From: Lingula anatina
Lineage: Eukaryota; Animalia; Brachiopoda
Length of the DNA: 64,000 nt
Direction: 5' to 3'
NCBI GenBank assembly: GCA_051362555.1
Contig: CM120649.1
Location: 1,674,001 to 1,738,000, forward strand
Shown: positions 12,524 through 25,900 of the stretch, one piece after another
Position numbering within the stretch: the first letter of the stretch is position 1
Layout: each line of letters opens with the position of its first letter
Program-made: the position numbers and the translations under genes
Notes under the pieces: model-generated
Databases searched by the model: none
Told to the model about the DNA's origin: nothing
Seen by the model: the letters and a program-made list of their open reading frames with translations, nothing else

Positions 12524-14400
12524 CAAAGAGAGTTAAGCTAGCAGAGGAATAAAAAAATGATTGATGGCTGCCACGGAAAGAAGTATATCAACTATTTGAT
12601 TTAACCTAGCAATACAAATATAATATAACATTGCTGTTATAGACCTTAATGAACTCTGGTTGAATATTTTTGGCTATCTCTCAATATCTTGCCCCAATCC
12701 AGTAGTTTATGTGGCGCACAGACACAAACACACGAGAGAGAGAATTTCATTAGAAATCTTTATCGTTAGAACTGGGCCAATTCGACGGGTAACATCATAA
12801 TAAAAAAGACAAACATATTGTTGGCTAGAGTTTCCTTTACCGCTTTACCTGAATACTAATATTTGCCAAGCTACGGGAGTGTTAATGGAAGTCACGACCT
12901 GTATGAATTTTTTCTAGGTCAAATATAAAGTACACGTTTCATGCTGAACGAAAAAAGCCAATGAAAGACCGACAAATGGCGATTGATAATAAACTGGGCA
13001 TCCTATAGGCAAATAAGCACTATCGTGATTGGATAGTTTCTCGTGTGCCACGTTATTCACGAGATACACTGATGTCCCTGTGCTGGCTGTATATTATTAC
13101 TAGGAAGTGAGAAGACGTTGCATTTCCTGACACGACTTCGACGAGAAAAAAGGAGGTAAGTTTTATGTTAACTGTGAAATGTTCTGATCGGTGCAATTCT
13201 GCAAACTTATGGTGATCTCCTGCACACACCAATTTTTGGCAACTAAGCTGTGACAACTCTCTCTGTGGTTCTGGAGGTACTTCCTCTCAAATATGTTGTG
13301 TTCATGTTTGGCCAGGAATCTAATGAACCTAGACGCGAACAAAGAGTGATTAAAACTGGAGATGATTACCTTGGTTCAAACTTTGAACGACCGCCTTTTG
13401 AATTCTAAGAAAGGAATAATGTCATTTCCCATTTGTTGAAACTATTTCAATCATATTAAGAGCAAATTTTATATCAAGTGATTTCATCATACATTTATCG
13501 CTACAGACTATCAGGCAAATTGATTTGAAATTTATTGACATTGTACGGGCGTCCTAATGGACGCTTGTCGATCCTGCAGGTATGCTCTCCAAGTTAAATG
13601 GATTATATGCATATCTGCTGAACGAAAAACAGCTGGTATTTACAGAACCTGCGAATGAGTTGCAAAAATGGTTTTAACAATATCTGGTTATAAGATGAAC
13701 ACACTTGACTTAATGGGTCCCCATATGTGTCACGATTATCACAAAGTACACTGTGACACTGGTAATCCATTCTTATGGTTTTAAAATGTAGTTGTCTGTA
13801 TGAAACAAATGCATGTGACCACGGTCAAGGAAAAGATATCCTTACTTTTTGTCCTGTGTCAGAACTTGGTCCAAAAGCACCAAAACCAGTTTTATTGCTA
13901 TGGTTACATAGCTAATTTTTGGCCAATGTTTTGAAAATCTTACAATTTTTAGGTTTCGAGGCCTTATTAAAGACATTAAACCAAGTAATTATTTTTATAA
14001 AGCCGATTAAGATAAACCGTAGTTTTACCTTTTTGTGGTACTTTTTGCATTATTAGATGTTCGATGTCTCAGTTGTTACTTGTATACGAAGTGTTGTTAA
14101 ATTAACATTTTGACCAATTCTCAGAGAGTTTAGTCCCGGAAGTGGTCCCAGAAGTTTCAGATTTCCTCATAAGTGGGCCATAATAACTTTTTGTTATTTA
14201 TAGCTAGAAGAATAAATCATTTAACGTTTTGTGAACAATGTTTATTTATTCTTTTAAAGGGCGGAATTTAAATTTTTCCACATTTTAAATTTTGTAATGT
14301 ATTTTATTGTGCAATATAACTCAATGAAATTTACAAAATTTATATTTTATTTAACTTTAAAGTAGTTTTGAGGAGGTTTATGCTTTAAATTTGTCTAAAT
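11968..14400 (+). repeat. Paralogous upstream (5' flanking) block of the gene unit
   Basis: Aligns to ~45680-48160 and ~60250-62420, and more distantly to 2740-4800, 28000-29480 and 35960-37270. Confidence 0.85.
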
Positions 14401-14506
14401 GGTATGAAATATTGATATATTCACAGATAGTTTGTATTCTCTCACCAATAGTTCTTGTTAGATTTGGCATCTGGAATATAAAGTTTTGCCTGGACTGTAA
14501 GGTCAA

Positions 14507-14508
<2 letters not shown>

Positions 14509-14556
<48 letters not shown>
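14509..14556. repeat. (TAT)n microsatellite
   Basis: Seen directly. Confidence 0.95.
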
Positions 14557-15818
14557 GTTTTACATTATTTTACACGCTCCACAAGTAGCAGTAACAACGC
14601 ACTTTTTTACTTCAACTTTTTTTTTATACAGCGTCCTTTAATTTTTCATTGGGATTTTTCAATGATAGTTTATTTATTTATTTATTTATCTATTTATTTA
14701 TTTATTTATTTATTATTGACTTACATATTGGTTGTTTCTTTGTTGCCTGCAAAAAAGAGATCAATCACCTTTTTTTACAAGGTCGATGCCTTCTCCCTCC
14801 TCTCTTGGTTCCCATCCCATCACAAGGCAATGTTTGCCTTGACGGAAGTACAATTATAGCCTCGAAATCCACAAAAGTTTGGTCACCCCATAAAGTAAAG
14901 GAGGCACTGCTCAATTACACATAAAATAATTATATTATATTGTGTAGCTATTCAGGGGATGGTTTTCATTTTTGGAATATCAAAATGACAAAAACTGACA
15001 TTTTTAGCGTTTAACACAAAAAAAAGATATAAATAAAATAAATAAATATATAAATAAAAATTATATTGTTACATATTTTACCATTGTGACTGTCCCACTT
15101 TTCAATAAGTGATGCTTGTTATCATGAGACTTATGTTATTGCTGATACATTGGTGAGCTGTGCTCAGCACCATAATGAAACACGCTGAGTGAGGTCACGG
15201 TGTAACTAAATGCTTAGTGAGGTTAAGCATCAATATTGTGTAGAAAGTGAAAAGGTAAATCTTATGATTAAAATGTGCATCAGTATATTATTTGTCTTAC
15301 TATTATTATCATTTTGATTAAATAATATTCCATGAACAAAGTATTCTTCACGTGAAAACTTACAGCAAACAAAGAGTTTCTGATCAAAAAGCCCTGAAAT
15401 CTCATGGCAGAGTTTCAGTTTCATCTTTTCTGTCACCTTTACCAAATGATTCCAGCTTATATAATCTTCTAAGCTGAATACGATGTTACTGTAACCAGCA
15501 CCCCACCCTGCAACCATGTTAGATTACATTGGAGACACTGTTTAAATGATAAATCGCTGGCACGCACAGGTAACTGCAACGATTTTGCCATGAGCGCTCG
15601 GTCGCAAATTGCAATGCACCCGAAAAAGATAATATATTGCCGTGTGGCATTGTATACGTGCCTCGTAATCTGTGATGTTTTCAAAAAAGCAAGCCCAATT
15701 TAGTTTAAAGATTGTCATACTTGTATGATGATGTTGATATTTTACCACTTTCTTATTCTGAACATCTTATTCTATTCGAGCATAGAAGCGCTATAAAACA
15801 TCTAACATCAACCAATCA

Positions 15819-15909
15819 ATGACGGGATTGTTGTTCTGCCCGAGCCTTGTACTGGCCTTGATGGCGTGCGTCTTTCTCAGTCAAACTCAGCTGAGTCAAA
15901 CTAGTACCG
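15819..15909 (+). CDS. Gene B signal-peptide exon
   Basis: ATG, hydrophobic stretch LVLALMACVFL, donor GTAAGT at 15910. Confidence 0.85.
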
Positions 15910-18900
15910 GTAAGTGTTTAAAGACCAACTCGACATCCATGTACATGTACAATAGAATGTTTGCAATTCTGAGATACGATATCTATTTTCGTTTCAGCAT
16001 TTTGATCTCAACATTGCTTGTTTGCAATAATTATATGCTTGGTTTTTATAGATCTTTTTAATTATAAGTCATTCCCACCTTTCTGCGGAGAAAGCTGCGG
16101 GATATACCCTTCTCTTTGTTTAGTCGAATTGCCACCCCTGCATTGTTTTTTCCTGTAAACTTTTATGCTGAAATGCATTCTTCCGGCCGAGGGAAGCAAA
16201 ATTAGCTTGATTGATTAAAAGATTCATAGGGCCAGACAATTTTCACTGTGAATGCAGACAATCAGTAAAACTATTGCCACAAGATGTTTCTAACCATGAA
16301 AGATGTGCCAAATTTGAGTAAATAGCGCTTAAACTTCGTTACAATTGTCGAAATGGATTTTCTTGCCGTTCGACCCTTTACACCAATCAAATCAGTGGAA
16401 ACAGGGTCACGTGATCACTTGACCTACATCTTACAGATGTAAACAATGGATTTCCACGCTAAGCTTGTAGATTTTATGGAGGATTCCCACGCGTTGTTTT
16501 AGTGAAAAAAACATACGTTGGAGGTTTCAAAACCGATGTCAATAGTAAGAGCAAGGTTAGAGAAGTTGGAAAAACACGTGTATTTACGTAATTTGCTAAA
16601 TGATGACAGAAATTCACGGCAAAATCATATGGTGTTCAGCCCGTGTGTATCACCTCAATCGCATGCCACACACTACACTACAGTATGTAATGATCGTGCA
16701 GTTATCTGTATTCTTAGATTGAATGCAGATAAATTCTCAGATGTGTTAAAGTGTATTAAATTACTCAAAAATTAGTTGACTCCATATTTCATATTGGTAA
16801 ATATAACAAAAATTCATGTGTAGAATTTTACAAAGTACCTGTATATATCATACATGCCGTCTGTTTGTGTAGCTGTGCCCAGGAAATTAAGTCAAAAAAT
16901 TAAAGTGCTTGCAAAAGATCGAATTATAAAGTATTTTATATCAAGAATTAAAATGAATATAAAGAAGTTTGTTTATTGTCATTAATTGCACCATTGTCTA
17001 GGAACAAAATATTAAAAGAAATTACAGCTCACAGTGAGCAAGGCTTTCATGTTCTTTTTGCCCTTCAGCAAATAATATAAAAAAATTAAAATACTAATAT
17101 AACATTACAGATAATATAAAATTTCTCAACTTGATTGTTTTACCTGTGAAAACGTACCTTTCTGTGTTACTTATTAACTTATTAATATCATATACAAACA
17201 TTAGTCACTGTCACTGCCATCCTCATCTTATGATCCACTAGCAACCCTTTGAGTTTTGTTTGTGCAATTTTTACAACCAGAGACATCGGTGCATGACAAT
17301 TAATATCCATGACCTGAACACCTTTTCGAATCACATTTTAGAAGCTTTACACTTGCAGCTCATGTGGATGACACAGGACCTAGCCCCAGAGTGTTTTGCT
17401 ATCCGTTGAACTTTACTTCAAGTTAATTGTTTTTTATTTCTCTCCCACGTTCATTGAGGTGTGGTGCTACAATCCACTGCTTGGCAGCAGATCTGTGGAT
17501 TTCTGATCTCTTGATCTCTCAATATACAAATTCAGAGCATCTTAGGTAAGAGGCATTATCTGCTAACTTGGGGTTGACAAGCAAAAAATGTTGAACCTGG
17601 CCTCATTTGCATTACTAGCTTCCTTCTGGCTAAAAAGATTGCACACAAATTATTCCATCACTTTTGATTTTCTTTCTGCAACTGCAAAGACTGATCAAAG
17701 ACAGGAGAAAGCCTCTATGAAGTCACTATTGCCATTATTCATGTATATATCAAAAGCTTTCCTCTCTCCTTTCCCCAAAAAGGGGTTGCAGATAGTTAAA
17801 AAACACTGGAAGTTTTGATATGCCACGCATGGACACTGATCGCAATGTCTTCTGAGATGAACCTTGTACATGTGTTTTGGGTAGGGTCATACTACTGGTT
17901 AATGGTTCTAACATAACGTCATGTTTTGCTTTTTAGAGATCAGCATACAGTGTCCTCTCTCTGAGTACTGACTACTGACTTCTACCTTTTTTTCTATCTT
18001 TATATACCTTCACATATATAATTACATTACATTGGCTTCCAAGCCAGGTGGGTTGCCAGAGTGGTCACTTTAATTCAATTACACATGCGATAGAAAAGAC
18101 TTCCAGACTGAGCACTAAATGGCTGCTACTAGTGGACACTGGGTTGATAACTTAAACTGATTGATCAAGGTGAATAATATAGTTACAAGGCAGAGAACCA
18201 TTCCTAAATACATTTGAGGTGGATGTATTTGTTAATCAAAGATATGGCTTCTTGTTTAATTGAGTTACCTAGTGTGACTCTAAACAAACTGACTTCTTTA
18301 AAATTGACCTGTAAACTGATTATATAAGTATACATCCTGAAAACATTTAACCCACACATCTATATAATTCAGGACACATAATGTTATATAACAACCTTAT
18401 AAACTTCTGGAAATTAGATTAAATGTAAATGAATTGATCATATTTATAGTTGCTATTTCAATGAAAAATTGAGAAAACTGAAAATTCATTTATGGCATTA
18501 AATTATAAGTATGACAGTTCTGTAAAATAAGTGAAATGAATTTTTTACCTTTTCATCCCATAAACAAGACCATTAATGTGACAGACATGGGTGGGAAATC
18601 AAAAACAATGAACTTGAAGTAAAGTGGATGACACACCCAGCACCTGAAAGTGTTTTGCTTTCCATTAGTTGCATGTGTATTTAGCTTCCAAATGTAATTC
18701 CAAAAGGTGTTCTTGTCGTGCATATAAATTGTCATGTACTGATGTCTGTGGTTGCGAAAATTGCACAAACAAAACTCAAAGAAAAAGGGTTGCTAGTGGA
18801 TCAGAAGATAAGGATGACAGTGATTCTGACTAATATTTGTAAGTAATAATCACAAGCAACACAGAAAATTTTATTTTCACACATAAAACAATCAAGTTTA

Positions 18901-21900
18901 GAAATGTGTTATATTTCATATTGTATATAATATAAGTATTTTCATTTTTATAATATTATTACTTGCTGAAGGGAAAAAAGAACATGTTTTTATGGGAAGT
19001 GAGGCTTTTGACCCAGTACCTTAGAGATAGAAACCAAGGAAGTTTTAGGTCACAACATAAAAATATGAAAGCCTTGCTCACTGTTAGCTGTAATTTACTT
19101 TACTTTGCTGTTGTAACTAGACAATGGTACAATTAATTAACAATAAACATACTTCTTTAAATTAAACCTCTTATTTGACCTTGTGCAAGCACTTAAATAC
19201 TTTTGAAATAATTTTTTGAGCAGCTACATAAACAGACAGCCTCTATGATACATATATAGTTTGTAAAATTATACACTTGGATTTTTGTTATATTTACCAA
19301 AATAATAATTTATTAGATAAAATTGCAACCCTAAGGTTGAGGTTGTACAAATAATGTTTAAAAGAAAATTGACAATAAACTTTAAATTATAAAACAATAA
19401 ATTATTCTTAAAATACTACACATTAAAAAGGCATTCATAAATTACTACAAGTTAAAAAGGCAATAATTAATAAAGGAATTTTTAAAACGTTCCGTCTTCA
19501 CTTTTGGTTGTAAGAATTTGGTGTTGTTTGAAAAAATGAAATGAAATATAGTGTCAACTTATCTTTTTTGGTGATTATATGCACTTTAACACACCTGAGG
19601 ATTTTAACTGCATCCAATCTGACAATACAGAGCGCAGATAACTGCAAGGTCATTACATAGTGTAGTGTGTGACATGAGATTGTAGTAGGTACACACGGGC
19701 TTAACAGCATATCTTTTTGCCGTGAATTTCTGACATCATTTAGCAAGTTACATAAATACACCTGTTTGTCCAAATTCTTTAACCTTGCTCTTACTATTGA
19801 CATTGATTTTAAAACCTACAACGTATTTTTTTCACTGAAACAACGCGCGGGAATCCTTTATAAAATATGCAAGCTTCGCGTGGAAATCCCTTGTTTACAT
19901 CTGTCAGATGTAGGTCAGGTGATCACGTGACCCTGTCTCCACTGATTTGATTGGTGTAAAGGGTCGAACGACAAGAAAATCCATTTCGACAATCGTAACG
20001 AAGTTTAAGCGCTATTTACTCAAAGTTGGCATATCTTTCATGGTTAGAAACATCTTGTGGCAATAGTTTTACTGATTATCTGCATTAACAGTGAAAATTG
20101 TCTGGTCCTATGAATATTTTGGCGAAATGAAACGATAGACCACCGCAAGTGAGGGACTATTCCTATCAGAAACCCGCAACAGTTCTAGTGAATACACGTA
20201 AGCACGTAACCTTCAGCAAAATATGGCAGAAATTTTAAAAAAGCTACAAAAAATTCTGGTTTTGCACATTTAGTCTTATTAAAAACATATCCGCATTTTA
20301 CATTTATGTTCATTATACTATTTTGTTAGCCATGATACTAAACTCTCAGAAACTGCTTTTTGACATTTTACAGATGGTGGCAGACGGTGACATCTCTAGA
20401 GAGTCCATCTGCCACTCCCACGAGCCCCATAGTCGAAGCATGATATGTTATATCTTGCAAGCTTTTTTAAAAGAAATTATTTCATCTGGCCTACAAAACT
20501 TAGAGTAGCTTATAAACTTGACCTTCTTAACCAGTTGACACGTACGAGATATTGATGATTTTTCAGAATTCAAGATGGCCGTCAGTGTGTTATGCGATTA
20601 GCAAGAGCCATACGTTCAAATAAAAAAATGTATTCTTCACATTGTTCATCATTGCATGTTTATGTATACGTCCATGCTAATTATGATCATTAATTACATT
20701 TCTGCAAGTCATTTAACAAAAAATGGACTTCAAAACACAATGGAAAGGGCAAAGAAACAGTTGTAAGACTACAAGTCTTATAACTGAAATAGACCTTAAA
20801 TGAATCAAATATAAATATATATAAAGTAAAAAAAAATATACCTGCGGACAAGACATACCACACAATAAAACATATTCTTTGGTTAAATAATACAATACGG
20901 AAAGCAACGTGTCCGTCAATGCTACTCTGTGATCGAAATAAATATCAGTTGCAGATAGATCAGTCCTGACAATGAATTATTCTAAATAAAAATTACAGTG
21001 TGGATGATGATTATGTTATCTTAGTATGTGTAAACCATATCATCATTTTGAAATTAAATTATTCTATAAATTGGGATTATTCTTAACTTTTTTTATGTAC
21101 TTTTAATACTTTTATGGGTAAATGCATTTTTGATTTTAATTGTGAATTTTGTAATAAATAATCAAGATCCAGCTATTCTTGACAACGTGGCATAGTTCGG
21201 GGATGTGCGATGGCTACCCATCTACATCATGCAGTTGAAACGTTGTTTTTGCCAATATATACTGACAGTCAATGGACGCTTTGAGGTAGGAATGTGCATT
21301 TCTACTTGTCGGGGGGTTGTTATTATTCATTGTGGATTTATTGATGACTTTGTGCTCAGGAAATTGAGATAATGATGAGATGTCATGTTGTCATGGTTCA
21401 CTGCATATGGGTTAGTCTTTTTGAAAAAGTTGATCAAATACATACTGAGCAATACTCGTTGGGTATCTGCACATTTTGAGGATTGGTTTTGGAGACCTAT
21501 ATCAAGGCCCAAAAAGGCCATCATTGTTGTTAGTCCAGTGAAGAGAAACATGCCACGTCTATCATGTGAACAACGTACGTCTCTGGGCACTGGGAATGGG
21601 GGTCCGATTTGAAAAAAAGTCATTGTCAGGCGTAGGCCTATGGACTGTTCCCAACCCACAATCAGGAACCTGGTTGAATGATACGACATACCAGGCTCTG
21701 TTGGCGCCAGACCTCATCCAGGGCGAGAGAGTGTCAAGTCCCAACCAGGATCGCTACATCAGGTTGCATCACCTGCTGGACCGGTTTCGCCATGCCAGTC
21801 ACACAGCACAAAAAAATCACCCGGTAGGAGCAACAACCGGAGCAGCAGCCCCACTTTTCGACGACGCTTGCGGGAGGTCAACCGTTGGTGGTTGTTCATG

Positions 21901-22898
21901 GCACCATACCAGTAACTGTTTGTCACTACATAGATCAGAATCTGCAACCTGACATGACCTCGTTCATGCAGCAGCAAATGATGTCACCGTCTACATTCGG
22001 TACAAATGGTCCAAGCGTATCTGGAGACCCAGGGGTGGATGTCCTACCTCGGCCTTCCTATTCTCCGAATATGAATCCAACTGAACACTTGTGGTACTAT
22101 CTTGGTCGTCAGTTGGCAAGGGCAGCAGCTGATTCAGGTACTGTGACAAGACTGGAATAGGATTCCGCATGCGCCAACGAATCAGACTCCCTGTAAATGC
22201 GGGTCCCGATTGCAGATAACCATTAAGATCTCCCTGTGCCCCAACCCCTGTTGGGCCTTGCAAAAATGTCCTTCAGACTGGGCATGTATTAAAAAGAGAA
22301 CTTACGTAACTGCCAGTTCTCTTTTGAAGAGTCTAAGAATAACTGTACCTAAGTAGTACACCTTGTCATTAAATAAAGAGTCAAATATATATTATATGGC
22401 AAATTATTAGTTCAAAACGTAATTTTACTGCTCTTTTTTTAAACTTTTTGGACATGCTATATCGGTCATTTGAAACGTGGAGTGTCATGCAGTTTGAACC
22501 CGAATCTTTCCTATTCTACGTAATTATCTATTTATAATATAATAATATTTATATTTTGACGGCCATCTTGAATTTTGAAAATTGATCAATGTTCCAGATA
22601 TAGCCACTGGCAAGAAAACTAAATTAAATTGGCTTTTATAGCCCAAGGAATTCAATTCTTAATTAAAATAACGGGGAATAACAAAGAAGTATTCAACTGT
22701 GGGACCCGTGGAAGTGGCAAACAGACTCCTTGGGGCGATGCCCTCAACCACATGTTAAGATAAGCTTATCCTGAGAGCTTAGATTCATGCCTAACACAAT
22801 ATCATAATGAACATAAATATAAAATGCGGATATGGTTTTAATAGGACAAATAAGAAGAAAAAAACAACTAATTTGCAGCTTTTATCACCTTCTGGCAT

Positions 22899-22953
<55 letters not shown>

Positions 22954-25900
22954 TTTTGGACGGCCGTTTTGGTTTTTTGCTGGAAGTTAAGCACTTAAGT
23001 GTTTTTCTAGACCTGCTGTGTTCTGCTGATAGGAAAAACTTTCAAAATACCTCTAAATTTCTGGTAGTTTTCCTATTTTTCCTCTTAAATTGACGGCCAT
23101 ATTGAAAAATTCTCAATTTCTCGGAAGTAGCAACCGAGCTAATTTTGCTTCTCTCGGCCTGACTATTGGGCCTATGTGAGTGGCGACCCGACTAGTTAGG
23201 ATTCACAATAACCAGCACAACGTATGCCATATGACCAGGTCTTTCCCTTACTTCAATCTCAATATGCTGAGTGCTATGGGGATCAAACTCATTACTTCCT
23301 GAACCAGAATGGAACACTCTGTGTTGACACTTTATGCATTATTTATGCGTAATCCAGGCGTACAAGTCATGACAGTGTGAAAACGAAAAGATATGCATGA
23401 TCTATCTATTTAAATTGTTTGAATTGCAAAAATCTAATTAAGCTATATATGTGAAATAATAAAACATGCCTGATATTTAAATTGCCTTGCAACATATATT
23501 TTCAGTCAACTGCAGTGCTGGCAGTTGCTATAATTTTGGGATTTGCAAAGATAATGCTGACGATCCGTCTGGCTTCCACTGCATTTGCACATATGACTTT
23601 TTCGGAAAGAGATGCGAATTGCGTAAGCAATATCCTTGTTACACTTTCTATCGACTGTTGTGGATAACAGGAAATACTTATGTACAACAAAATATTGGAA
23701 AACATGTTTACAATTGCAACAATTGATGGCAGCACATATGTTTAATTTAATATAATGTATCCATTATCAGTGTGTCTTTTAACAGGTGGACATTTTGTAC
23801 AAAATGAATTCCATTGGTATCAGTTACCCTGATAAGTAAGTGCTATGGGGAATTGAAATATCTAAACTGAAAGAGCATGCATAACATTTTATAAACCTTA
23901 ATTGCAATATCTTCATTTCAGGTGTTTGCCAATTGAGTGACTGCAAGAATGGTGCGACTTGTGCAGAAAATACTACAAATTCGGAAACGTCGTGTATTTG
24001 TCCCGAGGGTTATAACGGAACAGCGTGCGAAATAGGTAAACCGTGCCTTTCTAATACTGTATATATTGTGTATCTCAGTATTGAAGGATAACAACTAATA
24101 GCTCTAAGTTGTGAAGCATTCAGAAAAAAAAATTACATAACAAATTTACCAGCGCAAAAATTGATGCCAGAAGATAGTTGCAAGAATCAGTAATAGTACC
24201 TTATATCGACTGATATTAAGTCATATGGCTCTAGATCTCTCTTTATAAACTATAATACCATATTCAAACGATTATGTGGAACTCATGAAAAAACGTCCTT
24301 TGGCTCTAGATCTCTATTTATTAATTATGGTACAACTAACATATTCAGGTGATTAGGTGGACGATATGAAAACAAGTCATGATATAACGTCCCTTGAGGC
24401 GGTTTAAAAGTTTCAAGTATTTTTCCGCATGCAAGTGCCAAATTACATTTTTTATTTGTTTTCAGCACATTGTGGGGAAAACGCTCAATGCACTAACATG
24501 CAGCGTAATATTCAAGTGCCTGAGAAAAATGAAAACTGCAATGCAGAATTTGAAGAATTATGTGTTTGTAATGACGATTACATCGGGAATGGAATCAACT
24601 GCACTAGTAAGTCTTAGGCCGTATTCAGAACAGTGGACTAACTAGTATACCGGTCAAATGTGGCCGACCCACTTAAATATTTCCCCTTAATCTACTCAGT
24701 GTCTATTAGTGGATTGGACGGTTGCGTTATTTGACGCCTAGACTATAGTTAGTCGACTCTTCTGATTGAATAGTTATTTTGGTATAGCAGAAGTTAGCTG
24801 AAATCATAACCTGGCAACCGTTTCACAAAAAAACTTAAGTCGGTTTCCCTGACTAAGAGCTTGGTTACCAACGTAATTAAGTCGTTACGGCACTAAGTCC
24901 CGTTTCACAAAGAATCTAAAAGGTCGCTTACGTCGTTTTTTTCTTAGCTGCTAGTCGACGATGTCTAGCCTCCTCGGGAGGAGCCTTAAGTCGGCAAGCT
25001 CAACTAAAACTCGGTAAATGAGAGCATAAACAACAAAATTTTGGAAAGAACATACCTCCTTCACGATATTGTGTTATGATATCCTTGAATAGCACTGAAA
25101 TTTATGGAATATTGAAATTAAAAATAAAATGCCACTTCACCCAGCCGATGGCGTGTTTGTTTATGTTTTTGACCACTAGACATCCTTCAGCAGTGTTCCA
25201 CGACAAGCTTATGTTTAACTGATTAGTAAAACTAATCAATAAAGTTCAAAAACAAACTTTGTTTGTGTTTTGGCTGATTTTTATTGTTGATAAACGATCG
25301 TTCTCGGTCGAAAGAGGCCATAAAATGTCATGTCTTGTGAAACTTTTGAAATTTTAAACCTCCCTTTCTTGAAGAGTTTCTCGTGCGCGTCGACTACGGT
25401 AAGCACACCAAGCTACGACTTTAGATTCTTTGTGAAACACTCCTAGTAGACTGCAGCGTAGTCGACCCAGCTAGGCCATTCAGTTCGAGCTAGTCAACTA
25501 CGGATTTAAGATTATTTGTGAAACGGGGGCCTGAAATAACTTAGAATCGACTCCCCCCCCCCCCTCGAGGACACCCCAATCTACTGTTTCACAAAAAAAA
25601 CCAAGGGCTCATGCACACCCCTAGTGATAAGTCTACCAAATTCCTAAAGTTAAATCTTTCTCACTCTAATGATCCAGGAAGAAAAAGCAGAAATTACGAC
25701 GCAGAAAAAGGAAAAAAATACAATAATATCAATCACCCCCGGTGACAGTCCAATCCCAAGTGTTACTAAAACCCCGTAATGCTCATGTACATGCTTGATA
25801 AAAGATATTCTAATTACCAATGTTTGAAATTTCTCAGCCTGTTAGTCTAGGAGACGAAGGAAAACACAAGGTATTACAAGAAGGATCAACCGCACCCAGG

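Larger units (their letters stand above)
16179..23165. mobile_element. Old long-TIR DNA element (outer shell) hosting nested TEs in gene B intron 1
   Basis: Inverted matches: 16183-16212 with 23131-23161, 20155-20225 with 22970-23040, 20275-20320 with 22805-22850, and 20551-20584 with 22557-22590. The right terminus reads TAGTCAGGCCGAGAG on the minus strand. Confidence 0.6.

Noticed and set aside
15792-15798. TATAAAA just upstream of each ATG (4995, 15792, 39189, 52542) as the core promoter
   Set aside because: It is only 27-35 nt from the ATG, so in gene B the TSS would fall at or after the ATG. It also lies downstream of a conserved acceptor-like site, so it is more likely 5' UTR sequence. 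Not excluded.
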